20,000 nucleotides of DNA. It comes from Veleropilina oligotropha. Its lineage: Eukaryota. The DNA is taken from positions 122,056-142,055 of the forward strand of contig JBEUKZ010000079.1 of NCBI GenBank assembly GCA_048128005.1. Direction: 5' to 3'. Under the pieces are notes generated by a model that made no database searches, was not told where the DNA came from, and saw nothing but the letters and a program-made list of their open reading frames with translations. Both the position numbers and the translations under genes were made by a program. How positions within the stretch are numbered: position 1 is the stretch's first letter; the number at the start of each line of letters is the position of its first letter. Of this stretch, positions 1-10,611 are shown in pieces.

Positions 1-1483
1 ATTCGGGATACATCCAACATACATAATATATTAATAACTTGTGCACAATTCACGAATGTTATCTAATTAAAATTAGTCAGGCCCGTTCCTTCTTTATTTG
101 ATGTGCTATTTATAATTATATATATAATACCCAGCTAGTATTTTTAATAAATTTATAACTATAATTATGCCATAGCATAATTTAAATTACAAATGCCTTC
201 CGTTTCCAAGTAGCCCACATTTATTATTACCTGTAGTAGTAGGCCTAAGATGGAATTGTTTCAGTTTGGCCTGCATAACATGGCCAATATTGCTCCATAG
301 TGCCTCTAAAAATGGTCCTTTTTCTTCCAGATTTTCGCATAAAATATACTATATAAAGATCGTTATATTAGAGAATTGTGACAAGAATACAATAAGTACT
401 TTCATTGTTTAAAAAATACTATTTTAATTCCTAGTCTCATTTCGGCGCGACCAGCTCAGTGCTAATTGCCTTATCAGATGAAGTAGGCATTTTATGAGCC
501 TGTCTCTTTGAGGTGTCATAAAGCCGCCTGCCAACCCTGTCCAGTGGACAGCAAGGCCCTTGAGAAGTTCTGCTATCAGGCTTAAGTAAACATTTGATAA
601 TGAAGTGAAATGGTCTTAATTATGCACGACCTCAGTCTGAGCGATGGAGTACCTCACCACTGGACACTGATTATTTATGACAACTGATTATTTAATTTAA
701 ATTCAAATTAACAAAAATGCAATCTATTTTGCATAATTTTTTGCTTAATTGTCACATGAATTAGAAGCCTGATAACGCCGGAAACAGCATTTCATAGCAT
801 CTAGGTTTCAAAATTTCCCGGCCCCCCCCTAGCACTTTCGGCGTAGAAATCTAAGATTGGCGGCATTCGATTCAGAGTGGCCATATGTATATCTTAAAAT
901 ATAAGAAATATTTTTTTAAATTTAGTATTTTTTTGCAATTTTTTTTTTTAAAATTAAACTTTTTTATTCTTTTGTATTTTACGTCTTTTTTTTATTTCGT
1001 TTATCTGATTGAAGCCCTCACAGCTGCTCGCAGCTTTAATTTTATCTTGATATTGTAAACTTAATATTCAGATTTATCAAAAACAATCTCTTATAGAATT
1101 ACTGAAACTACTGCAAATATATCGATATATTTTTTACAAATATGATTAACGTTGATTGGCTAAGTGTTATCGTCATTGCTGAAATCTCAGAAATTTTGTG
1201 AAATAGTCCAGTAGAAATTGCATGATTTGGGGTTAACCTAGACATTTTTGATAACAGACGTGTTTATGTTCTAAAGTGACCACAAATATGTATTGAATGG
1301 TCAATAAAATTCAACAAAATTCAACATTGTGGAAATTGATAATTTTGGTGGTTTTCCACACCTACCCCCCACGACGTTTTTGGTGATTTTTTAGTGTGGT
1401 CTCAATAAACCGAGTGTCATTGGCACTATTCAATTGGGGTTATCACTCCTTTTAGGAGTGTGATTTAACGTACATGCACTGTT

Positions 1484-2090
1484 GTTATCTTCGCCAATGA
1501 GGTTATATTTTTGTTGTGTCTGTTTGTTCGTTTATTTGTGTATTTCTACGTTTGTCTGTGTGTTAGCAGGATTATAGCCCTACTGCGGTGAAAGTTTGAG
1601 GACGGATGGGTCGTGGGACAAGGACAAATTTTTTTACATTTTGGTGATGATTCAGATCTGGATCCAAATATTATGACGTCATTATCATGTGTTCGGTATG
1701 TTTCTTTATATAATATTAAGCATGAATATGGAAAAATAAAGACAGATTTTGGTGAAATTTTGTGAACGTATTTTCATTGGGCTAAGCACCATTCCCTAAA
1801 AAATTGTTTATAATCCGGATATTATGACGTCATAATCATGATTTTGGCCTGTTTCTGTATCTGTTAGCAGGATTACGCTAAAATGTATGTACAGATTTCA
1901 GTGAAGTTTTGGAGCGATTGATTTTGTGTAAACGACCAATCCATTACATTTTAGTAGTGAAATGATCGGTATCGTGATACTATGACGTCATAGTCATGTA
2001 TTTTGGTCTGTCAGATTTCGGTATAATTGCGTGGAGAGTTTTCTTCGATCCAGAGCCGATGCTATATGGCGTCATATCGAATTCTTTTTT
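1484..2090 (+). mobile_element. Degenerate Helentron/HINE (DINE-1-like) non-autonomous element with 3-4 diverged ~150-bp internal repeats
   Basis: Starts GTTATCTTCGCCAATGAGGTTATATTTT, followed by a degenerate (GTTT/GTCT)n tract and TGTTAGCAGGATT (1561, again at 1862). The core TATGACGTCAT recurs at ~1672, ~1823 and 1981. This layout resembles HINE-type elements of fish and molluscs. Boundaries are approximate. Confidence 0.5.
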
Positions 2091-2114
2091 ATGCTTCTGC
2101 TCTAGCGTGAGTGG

Positions 2115-3924
2115 TTGAATGTCGAGACTTCTGTCCCGAACCTTCGTGTTATTTATCGACTTCACAATCAAATGATATGTGGCCGGTCCGTTTTCACACA
2201 TTATTATTATCAGGTTCACTGTTTTACGCCAACGCGCCCGGGGCAACAGAATAAACATCAGAATCACCCTCTGCAGCTTCTCAACATCAACTTCCACTCG
2301 TTATGTGGCAAAGTCGCCGAAATCAATCACGTTATAATGAGACTGAAACCTGATGTCATAATGGGGACAGAAACATCTCCCGATTTTGCTACCAGCGAGA
2401 CTTTCCCCTCCAACTATAAAGTCTCCAGGAAGGATAAAAATAGAAATGGCGCCGGTATCATCATGGCAGTATCCGATTATCTGGTATGCACGGAGGAACC
2501 AGACCTAGCAAGCCCTGACTGTGAAACAATATGGGCGGAAATAAGATGCGGAGAAGGAAGCAAATTATTGTACAGGCCGGATGTTAGGAACGAAGGGGGC
2601 ATGAGAAGTATGGCAGATTCGTTGGGGCTAGCTAGTCTGTTACTCCCAGAACTCAATAATCATCATCGGTGGCGATTACAACTAATCATGAAGCGACTGG
2701 ATCAAGGTGTTGTAGAGAAGTACACGTTACCCTGGTCTCCATCAAGAGTTCCGAGATATTATTGATGCCCAAGGTCTAGGACAAATTTCAGAGATGTCAA
2801 CCAGAGGGAAAACACCCTTGGCCTTGTCCTGACTAAATAGCCCAACTTGTTTCCCCGTTTAGAGACAGCCCCTGGTATCTCTGACCATTCTATCGTCTAT
2901 GCTGAACTCAAGATCCAGCCGTCAAGGATGTGTCAAAAGGAACGAATTGCGCCCTGCTACAAGAAGACTTATTTCGATGGTATACGTGCTTCCGCCCGAA
3001 CTAGCAGATACAATTATATATTCCAACCATTACGACCAGGTCTCAACAAATGTAATCAACAGTTGGTGCCGCACACGAAGCTTGATTTCAGAAGACGCAA
3101 ACCATGGCTTAACTTCGGAACTGTGAAACCAATCAAGAGCGACATAATCCACAAGAAGATAAAGAAGACGGACAGAGTGGACCTCAACGAAGCTTTCAAG
3201 GTCCAAAGAGGCAGGTCAGACAAAATATTCACGGAACTTACTGATCATGGAAGACTCTGCAGAACAACCACAGAAAACCAAGAAATTTTGATTATTCATG
3301 CGGGTGAGACAGAATGAACATTCTGGAGTTTCACCTCTCAAAGTTGCTCGGAAACTGATGACCGATGACCTGAGTCAGGAATTCCAATCTGCATTCAGTT
3401 CAAAAGAGGAACTAACTGAATATGAATTTTAACAGAGATGTGATATCCCCGAACTAGATGCGAATCTTCCTCTCTGTGAAGATGTCCATGTATAAAGCTG
3501 GAGTAGAGAAACTGCCGCATGACCACGAACCACCCAAGGCAAGCAGTAACTCACTCCTCATCACATCCATGGTATCACTCCTCGGATCATAAAAGAAGTG
3601 GCAACTGAGATAGCCCAGGTGCGATAGCCCAGGTGCTCACCCTACTCTATCAGACGTCTCTGGATACCAGCCAGAAAACAGTCAACATATGCCCAGTTTT
3701 CAAGAAAGGAGACCGATATAAATCTGATAACTGCCAACCTATATCGCTTATCAGCTTCTCGAACATATCCCCGTCAGCACGATAATGGGGCACTGTAGTC
3801 ATTGAAACAACAACTGCCCTCAACAACATGGCTTTTGAAGCGGCCACTCATGTGAAACTCAAGTCATGGGCTTCGTGGATGAAATGTAACTAAGACGTTG
3901 AAGCATGGGAATCAAGAAGACCTG
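2115..3924 (+). pseudogene. Decayed non-LTR retrotransposon ORF2: APE endonuclease plus N-terminal part of reverse transcriptase (CR1/L2/Jockey-group LINE)
   Basis: APE motifs LQLLNINF (2271), PDVIMGTET, YKVSRKDKNRNGAGI and PGISDH (~2871-2888), then KPWL. RT-proximal motifs: IIKEVATEIAQV, NICPVFKKGD (~3690-3713), QPISL and QQHGF*SGHSCETQ (3821-3862). Many frameshifts and stops. Ends abruptly at ...NQEDL, just before the expected DFSKAFD motif. Confidence 0.88.
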
Positions 3925-4038
3925 GGCCCAAGATTATAGAGAAACTATGATACTCAGCTCAGACTCTGCTCAAGCCCCTGATTACGTACTCCCGTGAGGT
4001 TGAGATGAAAATTGAGATTATAAATGCCGCCGAGCGTG
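3925..4038 (+). mobile_element. Left terminal inverted repeat of a PIF/Harbinger-like DNA transposon
   Basis: 114 bp, reverse-complementary to 18744-18857 with 8 mismatches by manual alignment. Begins GGCCCAAGATTATA and is preceded by CTG (CWG is a known target of animal Harbingers). Interrupts the LINE exactly at this point. Confidence 0.7.
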
Positions 4039-4854
4039 TGATCCGCTGAGTACGTGTCTGCGTTCGACGAGTTGCTCGAATCCTTGACGCAAACGAGATC
4101 TATGTAACTCTTCATTGTTTTCGCCCATTGAGTTTACGAATGTTATGACGTTCCTGTCGTCTGCTGTTGTCAATTTCATAACCAAAATATCTTGCGTGAA
4201 TCTGGTGGGAACTTTGAAAATAGTGAAATAAAAAATGTGGTTAATTGTGCCAGCATGTTTGTTTTGATCAACTGGTTGACGTTTGAACCAGGGGTGGTTT
4301 TGAACAGGCGCAGCTTTCGAATTGGTGGCCAGATAAAACTGGCCTTACGGTGACATAAAACTTATAAATGGATACCGGACATCTTGTCGATCGTTTCCCA
4401 AGCACGAGGACGAACAACACGGACATTCCGGATATCACTGCCGGTGCGTGTTTAATTATATTCGAGAAACTCTATTATTTGTAAATACTAGTTCATTGTG
4501 GCTACATTTACATATATGAATATTCATATGTTACGAATGTTTATTGTCATTGATTTATATGATCTCGTTCAGACGGCAGTCGTGAGACATTTGTTTGATA
4601 TTCATCAATGAAAGAGTAGCCCCGTGACCTGACATCAGCAGACTTCTATTGTCCAATCAAATTTGATGGTTGGAGATCAATCATTTATTCAACACCCGTA
4701 AGATACGAGATTTTTATGACATAGCTGTATCTGGAACACCCGAGTAATAAAACTCATTTCATATGATTACATTTTGATGCAAAATTGCAGTTAGTTTTAC
4801 GACCACTTGCAACACCTAGACAGACTGGCGTCCTGGTCTCAAATAACGTGAAAC

Positions 4855-5000
4855 CTCACCCTCGAATATGCAAGTCCTGTTTGGGACTCAAACACAGTGG
4901 AAACAACCAATGCAATCGAAAATGTGCAGCGTCGAGCATCACGATGAGTCACCCGTCGCTTCCGAAAGACGTCTAGTGTTGAAGCGATGCCACAAGACAC
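4855..5000 (+). pseudogene. LINE ORF2 C-terminal (post-RT) fragment
   Basis: The frame starting at 4858 reads TLEYASPVWDSNTVETTNAIENVQRRASR*VTRRFRKTSSVEAM, matching the LEYAS.VW...IE.VQRRA.R...SSV..M signature. This frame is not in the ORF track. Confidence 0.82.
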
Positions 5001-5723
5001 CGGTTTAATATAATGCACATAAAAATCAAATTGTCTGTCAAATCAATGTGACAGAGTTATATTAATATGTATACAATATAAACAAATACTGTAAATATTG
5101 AGCAATAAGTAAGCTATAACTAAAGTCCAAAATAAGTAATAGATGCATCATATCCATAAATAAATTGAGACAATATTATAAATCAGATATATATATATAT
5201 ATTAACATATTAACCTGATAAATTCCTATTGAACAATGGACATGCCTTAATATGTCGTTAAACACATGCCAAAGAACCAGATATGAATGAAATATGTAAT
5301 ACTTGCATTCAATAAAAAGAGAGATCACTCCCCAATGAAACTGTCAGTAAACATGGGAGTAATAAACTCATTAATTATAATAGAAAACATCTATTTCTCT
5401 AATATAAATAAAATATTCTTCGTCATACCAATAAATAACAATAATGATACTTCACCAATTAAACATTATTTTAAACTTATTACATGCATACTTGTAAACC
5501 TGCAACCATATCTCACATGCCGTGCCACAAAAAATGGCGTGCACACTTTAAAAACTACAAATAATAGCTGTACATTAACATGGTTATGCATACTAGGAAT
5601 CCCTTGAACAATGTGTATAATATTATACATGAAGAGTGAATCTTCATGGTTTAACATGAATTCGCGGAGTCACGCTCCGGCTAGCAACGAAATGGATCTG
5701 CAGCACGAACTGAACGATGCAGA

Positions 5724-6359
5724 TAGGGGCATCTTCGGTAGCCGTGATTACTCAACTATGTTGGGACTATTCCCAACCGAACGTGGTTTAGTCCGACCGA
5801 GTTGTACCCTGCTTTGGAGCACGGTCGAGCTCGATTTCAAAATGGCCGCCGTTAATGCGAAAGGTTAGCATTCAATGTACGTTTCCGATTAAATGTTGAT
5901 TATAGCCCATATCATCCACTTTTTATATAAGAAACTGTGTAATTGTTTCCATAATTGTTCCAAATGAATAAATGTCGTCATTTTATGAAGCCACCATTCA
6001 CGCGAATAGTACATATATATATGCAATAATATGATTCCTTCGATAGTTTTAATGGCAGTCGAATATTATTTTTTATAACGGTGCTGTTAAATTATATTTA
6101 TCTATGTATCATATATTAGAATTTAGAAATCAAAGACAATAAGCCTATATGTGACGTTTATTGGAGTTTATACCCGTTGAATAAGTCAACATTTCGACAT
6201 AGAGGTCATTTTACTGGGTGAAGATGTGTCGATTAGATATTTGATATTATTACCTTCATTTTGAATGTACCGTAGTCGGGACTAGATATCATTCTGTTGT
6301 GTCAGACTATCGTTAGTCGTATAGTTGGAACCATAGTGTCACAACCGAAGGTGGCCCTA
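5724..6359. mobile_element. Putative ~636-bp non-autonomous TIR element (hAT-like TAGGG termini)
   Basis: TAGGGGCATCTTCGGT (5724-5739) versus the reverse complement of 6344-6359, TAGGGCCACCTTCGGT: 14/16 identical. GACTA/ACTAT/TAGTC motifs cluster near both ends. No clean 8-bp TSD. Confidence 0.45.
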
Positions 6360-6540
6360 GCATGCCTGCTCGCAAAACAATGAGATGCGACCGCAGCGCG
6401 GCGCAAGGAGAATAACTCCACCATCGATATCAAACGTATACAAAAAAAAAAAAAAGCCAACATAGCCCAAATAGGATTCGATTGAAACCTCCAGGTTGAT
6501 CACACAGCAATATTTCGGTGGCGTAAAATGGCATTGAAGC

Positions 6541-9500
6541 GATAAAACTTCTAAGAGATGATGACTGGCTGCGGTGATGCCTGAGAGGTGATAAAACGTC
6601 TTAAAGATGATGACTGGCTGTGGCAATGTCTGAGGGGTGATTAAACGTCCGGGAGATGATTACTGGATGTAGTGATGTCTGAGAATTGATAAAACGTCTG
6701 AGACATGATGACTGGCTGTGGTGATGTCTGAGAGATGATCGAACCTCTGAGAGATGGTGACTGGATGCGGTGATGTCCGAGACGTGATAAATCGTCTGAG
6801 AGATGATGACTAGCTGCGGCGATTTATGAGAGATGATAAAACGTCTGAGAGATGATGACTAGCTGCGGTGATGTCTGATAGATGATAAAACATCTGCGAG
6901 TTGATGACTGGTTGCGGCGATGTCTGAGAGATGACAAAACGTCTGAAAGATGATGACTGGCTGCGGCGATGTCTGAGAGGTGATAAAACATCTTAAAGAT
7001 GATGACTGGCTACGGTGATGTCTGAGGGGTGATAAAACGTCTGGAAGATGAATACTGGATGTGGTGATGTCTGAGAGGTGATAAAACGTCTGAGAGATTA
7101 TGACTGGCTGTGGTGGTGTCTGAGATATGATAAAACGTCTGAGAGATGATAACTGGCTGCGGTTATGTCTGAGAGGTGATAAATCGTCTGAGAGATGATG
7201 ATTAGCTGCGGTGATGTCTGAGACATGATAAAACGTCTGAGAGATGATGACTAGCTGCGGCGATGTCTGCGATATGACAAAACGTGTGAAAGATGATGAC
7301 TGGCTGCGGCGATGTCTGAGGGTTGATACAACCTCTGTGATATGATTAGTGGATGTGTTGATGTCTGAGAAGTTATAAAACGTCTGGAAGATGATGACTC
7401 GCTGTGGTGATGTCTGAGAGGTGATTATACGTGTGAGAGATGATGACTGGTTGCGGTTATGGTTGAGAGGTGATAAATCATCTGAAAGATGGTGACTAGC
7501 TGCGGTGATGTCTGAGAGATGATAAAACATCTGAGAGATGATGACTGGCTGCGGCGATGTCTGAGAGGTGATAAAACGTCTGAGAGATGATGACAGGCTG
7601 CGTTGATGTCTGAGATATGATACATTGTCTGAGAGATGATGACTGACTGCGGCGATGTCTGAGAGGTGATAAAACATCTGAGATATGATGACTGGCTGTG
7701 GCGATGTTTGAAAGATGATGAAACGTCTGAGAGTGGATGACTGGCTGCGGTGATGTCTGAGAGTTGATAAAACATCTGATAAATGATGACAGGCTGTGGC
7801 GATGTTTGAGAGATGATGAATCGTCCGAGAAATGATGACAGGCTGCGGCAATGTCTGAGAGTTGATGAAACGTCCGAGAGACGATGACTGACTGCGGTGA
7901 TGTCTGAGAGGTGAAAAAACGTCTGATAGATGATGACTGGCTGCGGCGATGTCTGGGAGATTATGAAACATCTGAGAGATGATGACTGGCTGCGGCGATG
8001 TCTGAGAGGTGATAAAACGTCTGAGAGATGATGACTGGCTGTGGTGATGTCTGAGATATGATGAAACGTCTGAAGGATGATGACTGGCTGCGGTAATGTC
8101 TGAGAGCTGATAAAATGTCTGAGAGATGATGGTTGGCTCCGGTGATATGCGAGAGATGATAACATGTCTGAGAGATGATGACTGGCTGTGGCGATGTCTG
8201 AGAAGTGATGAAACGTCCGAGAAATGATGTCAGGCGGCGGTGAAGTATGAGAGGTGATAAAACGTCTGAGAAACGATGACTGACTGCGGTCAAGTCGGAG
8301 AGGTGATAAAACGTCTGAGAGATGATGACCGGTTGCGGTGATGTCTGAGAGATGATGACTGGCTGCGGTGATGTCTGAGAGGTGATAAAACGTCTGAGAG
8401 ATGATGACTGGCTGCGGCGATGTCTGAGAAGTGAATATAACGTCCGAGAGATGATATCCGGCTGCGGCAATGTCTGAGAGGTGATAAAACGTCTGCGAGA
8501 CGATGACTGACTGCGGTGATGTCTGAGAGGTGATAAAACGTCTGAGAGATGATGACTGGCTGCGGCGATGTCTGAGAGATGATAAAACATCTGAGAGATG
8601 ATGAATGGCTGCGGCGATGTCTGAGAGGTGATAAAACGTCTGAGAGATGATGACTGGCTGCGGTGATGTCTGAGAGATGATGAAACGTCTGAAATATGAT
8701 GACTGGCTGCGATGATGTCTGAGAGTCGATAACACGTTTGAGAGATGATGGTTGGCTCCGGTGATATCTGAGAGATGATAACACGTCTGAGAGATGATGG
8801 CTGGCTGCGGCGATGTCTGAGAAGTGATGACATGTCCGAGAGATGATGTCGGGCTGCGGTGATGTCTGAGAGGTGATCAAACGTATGAGAGACGATGACT
8901 GACTGCGGTGATGTCTGAGAGGTGATACAACGTCTGAGAGATGATGACTGGCTGCAGCGATGTCTGAGAGGTGATAAAACGTCTGAGAGATGATGTCAGG
9001 CTGCGGCAATGTCTGAGAGGTGATAAAACGTCTGAGAGGTGATAAAACGTCTGAGAGATGATGACTGGCTGCGGCGATGTTTGAGAAGTGATGAAACGTC
9101 CGTGAGATGATGTCAGGCTGCGGCAATTTCTGAGAGGTGATAAAACGTCTGAGAGACGATGACTGACTGCGGTGATGTGTGAGAGGTGATAATAAAACGT
9201 CTGAGAGATGATGACTGGCTGCGGCGATGTCTGAGAGATGATGAAACATCTGAGAGATGATGACTGGCTGCGGCGATGTCTGAGAGGTGATAAAACGTCT
9301 GAGAGATGATTACTGGCTGCGGTGATGTCTGAGAGATGATGAAATGTCTGAAAAATGATGACTGGCTGCGGCGATGTTTGAGAAGCGATGAAACGTCCGA
9401 GAGATGATGTCAAGCTGCGGCGATGTCTTAGAGGTGATAACACGTATGAGAGACGATGACTGACTGCGGTGATGTCTGAGAGGTGAGAAAACATCTGAGT

Positions 9501-9763
9501 GATGTTGACTGGCTGCGGCCATATCTGAGAGGTGATAAAACGTCTGAGAGACGATGACTGGCTGCGGCCATGTCTGAGAGGTGATAAAACGTCTGATAGA
9601 TGATGACCGGCTGCGGTGATGTCTGAGAGGTGATAAAACGTCTGAGAGATGATGACTGGCTGCGGCGATGTCTAAGAGGTGATAAAACGTCTGTGAGATG
9701 ATGACTGGCTGCGGCGATGTCTGAGAGATGATAAAACGTCTGAGAGATGATGACTGGCTGCGG
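6541..9763 (+). repeat. 49-bp minisatellite, ~65 copies, consensus GTCTGAGAGATGATGACTGGCTGCGG(C/T)GAT-GTCTGAGAGGTGATAAAAC
   Basis: The period is read directly (e.g. TGCGGCGATG at 9661 and 9710). Minus-strand ORFs repeat every 49 aa, i.e. 3 x 49 nt. Confidence 0.97.
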
Positions 9764-9874
9764 ATGTTAGTTTTGTTTCCATCGCCAGTTCGTATTTTTA
9801 CTTTGCTATTCCACCCTTGCTTTGCCGAGTACAAAGTATGTTTGGAGATCTAAGTATGTTTGTAGTCTTTCGCT

Positions 9875-10582
9875 GTAATAATTTTTGGAGATCTAAACGT
9901 AAATTTTTTAAGTGAAAACTCTTTACCAACTCTAAATTTATTTCTAAGTTTTAATTTTTCTCAAATGGTTAACGCACCAACGCGAATAACCATTGGGTCC
10001 TCAACAATGATTGACGTTGTGTTTACAAATTATCCTGCGAATATTTCAAATACTACAGTATTGGATCCAATATGTAGTGACCATTGTCCAATAAAGATAA
10101 TTTTACGATTGACGAAAAAATCACCCGTGTGTTATACACGCAAAATTTGGCAGTACAACTTAGCGAATTATGACCTTCTCTCTGACTTAGTAAGAAATTT
10201 CCAATGGCAATGTATATTTGATGATCCAGATATTGATGTAATGTCTGTAAATTTTAGCGAATCCCTTAAAAATATGATTAATGCATCAATTCCGTCCAAA
10301 ATTGTCACTATCAGACCCAACGATAAACCATGGTTTAAAAGTGACATCAAAAAGTGGATGCGGAAGCGTAATCGAGTGCATGCACGGTGCAAGCGTGATA
10401 ATACTCCACATTTATGGGCTAAATTTAGAAGATTAAGAAATAAGGTAATTGACCTTGTTCGATCTGCAAAACGAAATTATAATGATAATATATATAAAAA
10501 AATTAATCTTGACTCTAGTAAGTCTAAAACATGGTGGAAATTACTTAAATCTGCTTATGAGGTTAAAAAAATGATACAATAA
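9875..10582 (+). pseudogene. LINE ORF2, C-terminal half of the APE endonuclease plus linker (before frameshift)
   Basis: In frame with ORF 9965..10582: GDLN (9887), PTR, IDVVFTN, SDHCPI, DKPWF. The frame shifts in the A7 run at 10565-10571. Confidence 0.88.
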
Positions 10583-10611
10583 AATTTATTAAGAATGCTG
10601 CTAATGTAGAA

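Noticed and set aside
786..845. Relic of a common MITE-type motif (CATCTAGGTTTCAAAATTTCCCGGCCCCCCCCTAGC)
   Set aside because: Too short and degenerate, with no termini to support a feature call.
5287..5657. Short AT-rich ORFs (also 12657..12854, 15422..16024, 19058..19856)
   Set aside because: Low-complexity I/N/Y/L-rich translations of AT-rich non-coding DNA with no motifs.
6541..9763. CRISPR-like or repeat-spacer array
   Set aside because: The segments between the 14-bp cores are not unique spacers but two alternating constant tails. There are no cas genes and the context is eukaryotic.
6357..9834. Long minus-strand ORFs (89-436 aa) as real genes
   Set aside because: They overlap in different frames with the same peptide repeat, are explained by a stop-free 49-nt unit, and show no domain or frame-preserving periodicity.
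10560..10580. Programmed -1 frameshift at A AAA AAA
   Set aside because: LINE ORF2 is normally one continuous frame; a homopolymer indel or sequencing error is the simpler explanation.
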